The position numbers and the translations under genes are program-made. The notes under the pieces are model-generated. The model made no database searches and was not told the origin of the DNA. It was given only the letters and a program-made list of their open reading frames with translations. This document shows, in pieces, positions 52,937-64,000 of a DNA stretch of 64,000 bases. Each line of letters opens with the position of its first letter. Position 1 is the first letter of the stretch. Source of the stretch: Octopus vulgaris (lineage: Eukaryota); NCBI GenBank assembly GCA_951406725.2, contig OX597819.1, positions 80,414,001-80,478,000 on the forward strand. The letters are read 5' to 3'.

Positions 52937-54061
52937 ATGTGTATATCTACCTATATATATGTACATACATACATACATTACGTTCCATCATATGCTGTCG
53001 TATTATAAAATTATAATATACTACATTTTAGTATAGATAAAGATGAATGGTTTTATATTATATAAAGTTTCTTTTTGGAATGGCAATCGGCGGTTGGCCT
53101 ATACATGTATATCAGCGTGTTGTTTATATATATATATTTATATATATATATATATATATATACATATACTGTGTGTGTATATATATATATACATATATAT
53201 ATATATAATGTGTTTGCATATGTATATATATGTATGTATGTGTATATGTATGTATACACACACATACACCCACATTGACTTCTGTGTTTACATATTCATA
53301 CATAAATGTGTGACCGTGCGTGCGTGCGTGTGTGTGTGCGCGCGCTTATGTGTATTTGCTTGTATGTGTGTATATGTCTGTGCATATGTGTTGTTTGTTG
53401 TGCTGTGTGTCTTCGCACTTAAGCCAGCATTTCATCTCTTCACATAATCTTCTGAACCGCAGCATTTGTTGTTTTTTGGCTTTCTTTTTTTTTTTTTTTT
53501 TTTCCTTTTGTTTCATTTTCGTTTTACTCAAATGTTATCCATAAAGAATGTTTGTTTTTCATACTGTTGCTATTTTTGTTGGTGGTGGTGATGGTGTCGT
53601 TATCGCCGATGTTGATGCTTCTGCTGTGGTACTGTTCTTCACGATGTTGATGTTGTTGATAATGATAATGATGATGATGATGATGATGATGATGTCGACG
53701 ATGTTTTTCTCCTCAAAGACTAGAATTCAGAAGCAATTGTACGAAATGTGTCACAGAGTTGTACAAGCGAAACATTATAACATGAAGAAGAATCAACGAG
53801 GGGTTTTCTACGCGTTTCACTCTATGTGTTTTAAATTTGACAGCTCAATCTTGTCATCAAACTTACCAATGCTTGTACTTGTTTTATTATTTTTACCTTT
53901 TATTTTTTATTTGTTTATTTATTTTTATTTTATTTTTATTTTCTTTCTAATGTAAGAATCACAGACCTTCGGTCCGAAGATATGTAGATATGTGTACCTT
54001 AAGTCTGCAATGAAATCATGATGGCTATGCCTTGAATATATATGCGTGTGTGTATGTTGAT

Positions 54062-54096
<35 letters not shown>

Positions 54097-54124
54097 GAAC
54101 ACACAGACAATCACACACACACAA

Positions 54125-54167
<43 letters not shown>

Positions 54168-54171
<4 letters not shown>

Positions 54172-55474
54172 GTCGTATCAAAATGTTCCGGGACTAGTTC
54201 TATAGCACGCCAACAGGTGACAGCACACAGGTACGTGCGTTAATGAGAGCTAGCAGTGACCTTCATGAGGCAGTGTGTCGAGTGACATTGCTGTGTCTAC
54301 TTTGCAAGTTGTGAAATTTGTGTTGTTTTTTTTTTATCACATGTATGATGTAGTCTACGATTTTGTCATGGACAGAAAGTTAGAACAAAGAGCCAACATG
54401 AAATTTTACGTTAAACTTGGGAAGTCTGCTACAGAAACATTGAGCATTCTTCGGCAAGCTTAGGGCGATGAGGCACTGCGTCGTACGCAATGTTTTGATT
54501 GGTACGGGCGTTTCAAAAGCGGAAGAACGTCCCTTGAAGACGATGAACAGTCTGGAAGACCTGCTACAAGCGTCACCCCCGAGAATGGGGAGAAAATTCA
54601 TCAGCTTATGCACGATGATCGTTGGATGACAATCAATAACTTTGCTGATATTATTGATCTGTCTTATGGGTCCTCGTAGGCAATCCTAACATCGGAATTG
54701 AACATGCAGCGTGTTTCTGCTAAGTTTTTCCCCGCCTGCTGACCACTGAGCAGATAGACTATCGTGTCGAAGTCTGTCAAGATCACCATCAGAGTGCTGC
54801 TGATGAACCATCCTTCATGTCGAAGATCAGCAATAGTGACGAGAGTTGGGTCTGCAGGTACAACTCTGAGACGAAGCAGCAGTTGTCACACTGGAAGACC
54901 CCTTTATTTCCACGACCGAAGAAGGTACGACTGAGCCGCAGCTCAGTTACAAGCATGCTCATCGTTTATTTTATTTCGACATCTACGGTATCGTGCATCG
55001 AAAATTCGACACCCCAGGATCAGACCGTCAATCAAGAATTCTGCAACGTTTTGAAGTTTTTGATTTAGGACATCCAGTGAAAGCGACAGAGTGTTTGGAG
55101 CACAAAGAATTCAATTCTTCACGACGACAATACAGCCTGTCACCGAGCTCTCCTCACTCCTAGCATCACTTCCTCTCCCGCCCTATTTGCCAAATTTAGC
55201 ACGTGTAGACTTCCTTCTCTTTCCCAAGGCGAAATTGCAGCTCAAAGGTACGTCGTTTTAGAATCGCTGTAGTGATCCACAGCGAATCGCAGAACGTCCT
55301 CGACTAGCGTACGGAAAACAGCTTCCAGGTCGGATTCCAAAAGTGCTACGAACGCTGAGACCGGTGTATTGCTGCGCAGGGTGACTACTTCGAAGGAGAT
55401 TAAGTTAAAACTTAGGCATATTAGTTACATTTTATTAAACATAACTAGTCCGTGAACTTTTTGATATCACATCC
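54168..55474 (+). mobile_element. Full-length decayed mariner (DD34D) transposon, about 1.3 kb
   Basis: TIRs tgaggtcgtatcaaaa..ggactagtt / aactagtccg..ttttgatatcacatcc, flanked by TA. Transposase pseudogene at 54368-55403: MDRKLEQRANMKF, FKSGRTSLEDDEQSGRP, SDESW, LHDDN, PPYLPNLA, QGDYFEGD. Confidence 0.88.
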
Positions 55475-55837
55475 TAATATACGCAAATACGGAACAGTGA
55501 GAATAAGTGCTCAACGCCACACTGGTGGATAACTATTCGTTCTTTGTGCGTTAACCAGTCCATCAATGGCTTAATGTAAAGAGGAATCATCAAGCCTGTT
55601 ACATGGGAACGTTGGTACTCGTCTTCATTTTTGGATGAGATTACACCAAGTCACACGAGAATGTACAATCTCGTATGTACGAATCTATCGTATGTGTGTA
55701 CACACACGTACACACACATAGGTACATACATACATACATACATACATACATACATACATACATACATACATACATACTTACATACATACACGCACATGTA
55801 CATATGAGTGTCTATGTGTGTGTGTGCGTGTATATAT

Positions 55838-56247
55838 CGGTCCCACTGCACAGCATTTTTAGCAAGTGTCTTCTATTATAGCCTCGGGACAACGAAAGCC
55901 TTGTAAGTGGACTTGGTTGACGGAAACTGAATGAATCCCGCCCTACATGCATTTGTGAGTATGTGTGTGTTTGTGTGTGTGTGTGTATGTATCTGAGAGA
56001 GAGAGAGAGAGAAAGAGAGAGAGTGAGAGAGGGAGTCTTATGTTTTTATTTGTCATCCACGGCCGCTTGCGAACAGGTGTTGTTGTTTACATTCCCATAA
56101 GCTAGCGGTTTGGCAAAAGATCCCGGTAAAATAAGTATCAGGCTTAACAAAATTAAATACTGGATCCATTCGTTCGACCAAAATTTCTCAAAATGATGCC
56201 CCAGCATGGCTGCAGTTTAACGAGTAAAAGAAGTAAAAGATAAAAGA
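55838..56247 (+). mobile_element. SINE family A, old diverged copy
   Basis: gtcccactgc..gcaagtgtcttct..ccagcatggctgcag..gtaaaagataaaaga. Confidence 0.7.
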
Positions 56248-56364
56248 TATATAAAGCTCAAAAATTTCGATTAATGAAATTTGTATGACATTATCAGATA
56301 TGCAGTGGTTAATTAGTTTTCTTATCATTAACTTCGTTGTTATTATCATTAGTGTTGTCTAAGG

Positions 56365-57810
56365 CTGCGAGAGGGCAGGATTGTTAGCACGCTGGGCAAA
56401 ATGCTTTGCAGTATTTCGTCTGTCTTCGTGTTCTGAGTTCAAATTCCTACGAGGTCGACTTTGCCTTTCATTCTTCCGGGTACGATAAAATAAGTATCAG
56501 TTGAGCACTGGGGTTAATGTAATTGACTTATCCCTCTCCGATCTTGCTGGCCTTGTGCTAACATTTGAAATCAATATCATTAATGTTGTAAGTCGGCGAG
56601 CTGCCAGAATCATTAGCACACCGGGCGAAATGCTTAGCGGTATTTCATCTGCAGTTACGTTCTGAGTTCAAATTCTGCCGTGATCGACTTTGCCTTTCAT
56701 CCTTTCGGGGTCGATTAAATAATTACCAGTTACGCACTGGAGTCGATGTAATAGACTTAATCCCTTTGTCTGTCTTTGTTTGTCATCTCTGTGTTTAGCC
56801 CCTTGTGGCTAGTAAAGAAATAGGTATTTCGTCCGTCCTGACGTTCTGAGTTCAAATTCCGCCGCGGTCTACTTTCCTTTCATCCTTTCGGGGTCGATGT
56901 AATCGACTAGCCCCTTCGCTATGAATTTCAGGCCTTGTATCTTTAGTAGAGAGGATTATTAGTGCTATTATTGTGTTGTTATTAGTGTTGTTAACGCAGC
57001 GAGCTGACAGAATCTTTAGGACGTCGGGCAAAACGTTTAGCGGTATTTCTCCAGAAACTTATATTCTCAGATCAAATACAGCTGAGGTCAATTTTGCCTT
57101 TTTTCCTCTGACGGTGATTTAATTGGCATGTCTAGCATATTGAACAGCCCTCGAGACAGTCCCTCTCTGGTCCCAGGGGTTGTAGAAAGATCTACAGTGA
57201 AGTGTAGGGTGAATAGTGAATAGTGAGACTTTCTCGCTTGGCATGTCAAAATCGATTACATCGACTCCAGTGTTTTACTAGTGCTTATTTTATCGATCTT
57301 GAAAGGGATGAAAGACAAAGTCGGCCTCGGCGGAATTTGAGCAAAGAGCGTAAAGATGGATGAAATACTGCTAAGCATTTTGTTCGACGTGCTAACGATT
57401 CTTATTTCTTTACTACCCACAAGGGGCTACACACAGAGGGGACAAACGAGGACAGACAAACGGATTAAGTCGATTATATCTAACCGGTACTTATATAATC
57501 GACCCCGAAAGGATGAAAGGCAAAGTCGACCTCGGCGGAATTTGAACTCAGAACGTAGCGGCAGACGAAATACCGCTAAGCATTTCGCCCGGTGTGCTAA
57601 CGATTCTGCCAGCTCGCCGCCTTGCGTAGGAATTATTAATATTGGCCTGAAATGTTGGCACAAGGTCAGTAATTTCAGGGAAAAAGATAGGTCAATTACA
57701 TTGACCCCAAAGCAAAGTTGACCTCGGAGGAATTTGTCCTCAGAATGTAAAGACGAACGAAGTATTAAGCAATTTTATCGGCGTGCTAACGATTATGCAT
57801 TCTCACCGCA
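56365..57810. mobile_element. Cluster of six or more SINE family B copies: + strand at 56365-57110, - strand at 57250-57810
   Basis: Repeated gttctgagttcaaatt..gtcgactttgcctttcat motifs, followed by their reverse complements. Confidence 0.82.
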
Positions 57811-58119
57811 CTACGTAGGAACTATAATATTAATTTGTTTTTATCAATTTTTCTTGCACGTGTGTTTTAGAGTGTGCGCGTATAAATATTTTCGTTTTAG
57901 GTAAATGCTTTAGATACGTTTCTTTTTTTCTTTGACGGAGGGGTTTAACATGATATTGCAGGATGATTTGTTTTCAAACTCCTTCACGTATCACCAAGTG
58001 TTTGTCATCACTGATCTAGAGCATAGAAGATGGTGGTCCGAAAGTCTTGTTACCCACTACCAATGAGAACAATAGAAGAACAAGTAATGCAGTAATCCAA
58101 AGCACGAACTGGACCCTGT

Positions 58120-58503
58120 CACTTATTCTTTATAAGCCTAGTACTTATTCTATCGTTCTCCTTTGTCGAACCGCTAAGTTATGGGAACGTGAACACACCA
58201 ATATCGGTTGTCAAGTGATGGTTGCGGGAAAAACACAGCCACACACACACACACATACACACACACACACATACACACACACACACAGATATATATATAT
58301 ATTTTTTTTTCTCTCCTTGTTTCTTTCTGTGTTTCTTTTCTGTGTATCTTTCTGTTGAAGAGCGTAGGCTCGAAACGTAAAATACTTGTTTTATTTATAT
58401 TCCTGAGCGCCATACTAATACAATTGTTTGTTTGTATTCCACCTGCCTTCGTCTTTTGTTTATTTTCATAACGCTTCCCGTTATATATATATATATATAT
58501 ATA

Positions 58504-58538
<35 letters not shown>

Positions 58539-58696
58539 GACGGGCTTCTTTCTGTTTCCGTCTACCATGTCCACTCACAAGGCTGTGGTCGACCCGAGGC
58601 TATAGTAGAAGATACTTGCCCAAGTTGCCACACAGTGGGACTAAACCCAGAATCATGTGGTTGGTAAGCAAGCCTCTTACCACACTGCTACTCCTA
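58120..58696 (-). mobile_element. SINE family A split by a hammerhead-bearing insert
   Basis: 3' part at 58120-58245 and 5' part at 58538-58696. Confidence 0.78.
58344..58385 (+). ncRNA. Hammerhead-like minimal motif (variant core)
   Basis: ttt-CTGTTGAA-gagc(gtag)gctc-GAAA-cg-TA-aaa. Palindromic ACGT. Core position A6 is T. Confidence 0.55.
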
Positions 58697-59079
58697 GCAT
58701 TACATTATCCAAGAGTCATCTCTTTGCAAGAGACGAACATTGCTCTTCATTTGCTTCGAGATGAGGTTCGTGTTATTGTGGCTGGCGTTGTCCATTCTTC
58801 CTCTGAATGTTATTGTTTCCATTAATGTTGTCATTGTTGTTGTCATTACTATAGTATTGTTATTATTGTATGAAGTGATGCAATGGCAGAAGTGATACAG
58901 TTTCGAACGAAACGCCTTGTAGTGTCGTTTCTGAGTTCAAACCCCACAGAGAGATTGTCAATGTTTTTCATCTTTTAGGGGGTCGATAAAATTATACACC
59001 AGTCAATTACTGGGGTAGATTTAATTGACAAACTTCCCCCGACAAAATTTCTGGTTTTCTTTCTCTCATAAAACCAATG

Positions 59080-61815
59080 GCTGTTATTGTTGTTATCGTT
59101 GTTGTTGTTGTTTTCGTGGTTATTTTTATTGTTGTTGTCGTCGTCGACGTAGTCGTTGTTGTTGTTGTTGTTATTGTTGTAGATGTTATTAATAGGCGTC
59201 TCGTTTCAGTCTCGACCTGTCAGTTGCTATTAACAATCACATCAGCAACAATCTCCCCAACCCCTACTCCACCCACATCTCTTGCACCACCACTTCCACC
59301 ATTTTCGCCACGTATTTCGAACCTCTTCTTCATCTACTTCTTCTAAGGCGTCGCTATTGTCATCATCACCGTCGTCGTGGTGATCGTTTTCATCATAACC
59401 ATCACTACCACAGCCACCACAATCACCACCACGAGCACAACCACCACCAATACCACCACCACCATCACTACTACTACCACCAGAATCACCACCACCATCA
59501 ACACCGCCGCCGCCACAACCACCACAACCATCACCATTACAATCACCACCATCATCATAACCACCACTATCACCGCCACCACCACTATCGTTACCGCCAC
59601 TATCACCACCACAACAACAATCACCACCACAACCACCACAACTACCATGACAATCACCACCATAACCACCACCACCGCCGCCGCCGCCGCCGCCACAACC
59701 ACCACTACCACCACGACTACCATCACAATTACCACCATAACCACTATCATCACCACCACCACCATCACCACTATCACTATCATCAGTGTCAACAACAGAG
59801 AGAACAGCAGCAGCGGCAGCAGTAGCCACCAGTACGAATGCATGTTTCCCTAGATACACGCATGCGTAGACAAACATAATACATTCAAAACAATGTTATA
59901 CAATGCAAAACACGCATACACCCCCCACACACACGCACACACTCGCACACACGCGCACACACACATATACACACGCACACGCACTCGCGCACACAATACA
60001 CTTATCCTATTGCAATCTTGTTTTGCGAACCAGTACCAACAACATCGCTCCTGGCTTTATCATCACCATCATCATCAAGAGGGAATGATCGTCATAGTTG
60101 CCATCATCATCATCGTAGTCATTGTCCTCATCATCATAACATCATCATCATCAGTATTACCATCATCATTGTCATCTAGAGGACATGGTTGGTATTATCA
60201 TCATCCACGTCGTGGTCGACTTCACATGATCATCACGACCACCGGCACCACCAAATGTCACCACCAACAACCACCACTATCACCATCACCATCATCATCA
60301 TCATCATCGTCATCGTCGTCGTCATCATTTGCCAGCGGAGTGAAAAGGAGCAACTTCAATTAAAGTTTCTTGCTCAAAGACACTCCTCGCCGCCGGGAAT
60401 CGAACTCACAACTTTCACGATCGTAAGCCGAATACCCTAACCACTGAACCACGCAACTAATCATCATTATAATCACCACCAGTAGAATTCCAATCGTCAC
60501 AAGCACACCTTCACGGTCACAATCACAATATCATCATAACCAGTGTCATAATCATCACCAACGCAACCCTCATAATACGACTATCCTAAGCACAACGACC
60601 ATTACAAGTACAACACAATTAACAAGGCCATCGCCGCCTCCGTCATAACCATCATCATAACCTCCAATAGAACAACTACGATCACAGTTACACCTACACA
60701 GCTAACATCACCATAACTACTATCACAACCAACTTTACAGAAATCCTCACAACTGACATCATAACCATGATCATAATTATATGACCATATACTACAAACT
60801 AGTGTCCCAACTGTATCTTCAGAACCGTGCTCACAACTATCATCATAATTTCATCAACTATGAAATCTACACCACATTTATTATGACCATTCCAAAACAC
60901 CATAATGACCATCACATATATCACATGCGCTATCACAACCACACCTTCGGAACTATCTTCTCAACACTATCATAGCCAATATTGTAGTTGCCACCAAAAC
61001 CACAACCACTAATCACAATCGTCTTTCCAAGTATCATCACAACAACTATTATCACAAATGTCCAACAACTAACATAGTCATCGCAACCACCGTCATAACC
61101 ATCATCATAATTGATATCAATAGTGTAGCTTCCACCACAACCATCATAATAGCAATTATCAAAAACAACTTCACAACTACACTACCGACAGCATGGTCAT
61201 TACAGTTATCATCATAACATCATCGCAACTAACACCTTTACAACGAAGATCATAACAGCTACTTTAATAACCATAATCATCATCAGAGCTACACTACGGC
61301 TAACATGGTCTTCGCAACCACAGTCATTATCATTATCATAGTTGGTAATCATTATCATATCTTAACTACCATCACAACCATTATAATAAAATTGTCATAA
61401 CCACAATCACTGTTACAACTACACCACAGAAAACATGACCATTATAATAATCAGTATAACAATCACAACTGCCACTTATACCACAACCATCTTCTCAACC
61501 ACCATCATAACCATCATCTTAATTTGCAATGATGCCATAATTACCACTAAAGTCATCATAACCATCGCAACCACTAGCTTCATTACGACCACACCACAAA
61601 AAAAAACGTGGCCATTACAATCATCATAACATAATCACAAGTATTACCGCTTTAACAACATCTTAACAAAGGTAACTGTTGTCATAACTACGCCACAGCT
61701 AATCGGACCATTATAACCACATCACAACCATCATCAGCATCACAACAGGTTACAGTGAACGTAGCTGTTAAACGGGTCTCCACAATTCCCAATTATAATA
61801 AACATCACCACAACC
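59080..61815. repeat. Long cryptically simple (ACC/ATC/AAC) region
   Basis: Triplet-periodic, mostly G-poor sequence of about 2.7 kb. Confidence 0.8.
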
Positions 61816-62231
61816 AGTTCAAATATTACAACTTCCCTTCCAACCATCGTCATTTTGAAAATTATATATTTTCGAACGGGACCGTCTAGCCGAGCAGCTA
61901 TTCTCTTCTGATAAATAGCAATAACCCAGAAACTGGTCCACAGATGTTGCTTTGTGCTGGATAGGGGTGCTGAGCTCCCCTATTTGAAAATATAAGGACA
62001 CAGATATTGTGTCATGTAGGCAGCTGGAAACGATGTTCCTGAGGCTAAAGAACAGTAATATTCACCCCATCCAGGACTGCCACATTATGTTGTTGGCTAA
62101 TAGTTTTTACTTTAAAGTACTGCTACTGAATATCTCTCTTTGAGAGATTTAGAAATAATAATGTTTCTATTTATCACAGACTTTAAAAACGCAGTCACTA
62201 ACAATGCCACACGCAGCGTCACAACTAGTAC

Positions 62232-62458
62232 CTATTTCTTTATTACCCACAAGGGGCTAAACATAGAGGGGACAAACAAGGACAGACATAGGTATTAAGT
62301 CGATTACATCGACCCCAGTGCGGAACTGGTACTTAATTTATCGACCCCGAAAGGATGAAAGGCAATGTCAACCTCGGCAGAATTTGAACTCACAACGTAA
62401 CGACAGACGAAATACCGCTAAGCATTTCATCCGGCGTGCTAACGTTTCTGCCAGCTCA
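62232..62458 (-). mobile_element. SINE family B
   Basis: Very similar to 57403-57622. Confidence 0.85.
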
Positions 62459-63509
62459 CATACACCACCCACAAGGGTGGTAGCTGTAATGATAATGATG
62501 GTGGCGAGGAAGCGATATATGGTGGCGTTTGAGGGTGGTTATTACCATGGTGGTTATGGTTTCAATGACGACAGTGTTGCGGCTGGATACGACCGTTTTC
62601 TTTGGGAAACTAGCTTGAACAACTACTGTCAGTTCAACTGGTAGCAGTCGTGGTGATGAGGGCGATGACGGAAGTAACGGAGGCGATTATAGCGACAACA
62701 GTGATGGTAGTAGTGATGGTGGTGGTGGTTGTCGTAATCGTCGTTGTCGTCATCGTCATCGTCTTTGTTTTGGCAATGAGTGGTTGTGGCGGCGGTAGCG
62801 GAGCAGCAGCGATGGTGGTCGTGGTCATTGTCATTGCTCTTGTCGCCATCGTCATTGCTGTCGTCATTCTTTTTTTTTTTGTTTTGCTGGTGGTGGTGGT
62901 GGTGGTGTGGTTATGGTAGTAAGCACAGTCGTGGTTGTGGTCGTCGACGCAATGTGCGTTTCTATCGTCGTCGTTGACGTTTTTCCACGGTGATGGTCAT
63001 GGTGGTGGTAGTGTCAATAGCGGCGGCGATGGTGGCAGTGGTGGCGGTGGTAGTTATGATGATAGTAGTGAACGTCAGTGACGTCTTCGTTCTGAAGGTG
63101 GAGATGGAGGTGCAGGCAGTGGTACTAGTAGGAGTGGTGGTGGTAGTGATGATAGTGGTAGTGGTGGTGGTGACGTATGCGTTATGAAGATAGGATGGTA
63201 GTGGTGGTAATGCTTTGAAGAAAGGACCTCGATGTCTCATCGTAATCATTAGTCCAAGATCCTTGTTTGATGCCTCTTTCGGCATCCGCCCTTTCTCTAC
63301 CTCATCCCGGTCCACGGATTCTGACCTACGCCTCTGACCAACATCAACCAGCCGACTAACAAGCCAATCCACTCACTTCCTCACTCAATGTATAACTAGC
63401 ACTCCTTCCCATTGCGACTGTCGTACTGTAACTATTTCTACCACCAACAACAACAGCAACAACAACCACATCACTACCACCACCACCACCACCACCACCA
63501 CCACCCTGA

Positions 63510-63843
63510 AACCCCCTTCGGTCACGACACAGACCATGGGATTGCACCTAGAAAGTTATCCTCCCAGGCACAAGTCCGGGCAAGGTTATTTATGGAAGAC
63601 CAGCAGTCGCCCATGCATACCCGCCTCTCCTCTCCACGCCACCAGTGTTATCCAAGGGTGAGGCAAAGACCGATATAGCTTGGCACCTGTGACGACGCAA
63701 CTCATTTCTACAGCTGAGTGAACTGGAGCAACGTGAAATAAAGTGTTTTGCTCAAGAACACAACACGCAGCCTGGTCCGAGATTCGAACTCACAACTTCA
63801 CGATCGTAAGCTCGACGCTCTAACGACTGAGCCATGTGCCTTC
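63510..63843 (-). mobile_element. SINE family C
   Basis: Colinear with 16680-17017. Partial related copies at 28470-28740 (+), 38632-38797 (+) and 60330-60455 (-). Confidence 0.85.
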
Positions 63844-64000
63844 ACAACCACCACCACCATAACCATTAATATTACCATCACCCCTGACATCCCTTCTACA
63901 TCTGCCTCCGCCTCCAGTAACGCAACCTCGATCATTCGACGCCGAACCATCACCCCCGTCACCGCTAATAAGGCTATCACTGCTATCAATCCAACAACCA

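Noticed and set aside
59242-59877. 211-aa Gly/Cys/Asp-rich ORF resembling a structural protein
   Set aside because: Overlapping frames on both strands are open, and the tract is a degenerate trinucleotide repeat like others in the window.

Overview
Eukaryotic, AT-rich, repeat-saturated non-coding DNA. The SINE families and microsatellite load resemble an Octopus genome (inference). No host exon, rRNA, true tRNA or CRISPR array is supportable, and almost all short ORFs in the track are microsatellite artefacts. Main contents: (1) a near-intact R4/Dong-clade non-LTR retrotransposon (Myb-like, RT, CCHC, restriction-like endonuclease; 42.3-46.3 kb) next to (TAA)n, broken only by one missing A in a homopolymer; (2) several Penelope-like element (PLE) remnants, with two GIY-YIG fragments and about ten minimal type I hammerhead ribozyme motifs on both strands, most with palindromic stem III and non-canonical cores (CCGA, U3-A8), next to TA-rich repeats and three times inside the internal TA tract of a SINE; (3) decayed DNA transposons (Chapaev3, mariner, Helitron, piggyBac-like and MULE-like MITEs); (4) CR1/RTE LINE fragments and many tRNA-derived SINEs; (5) an unexplained 1.17-kb unit beside (TAA)n with a structured GC-rich end and a 470-bp tandem duplication. 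All calls were made by eye, without database searches or folding software.
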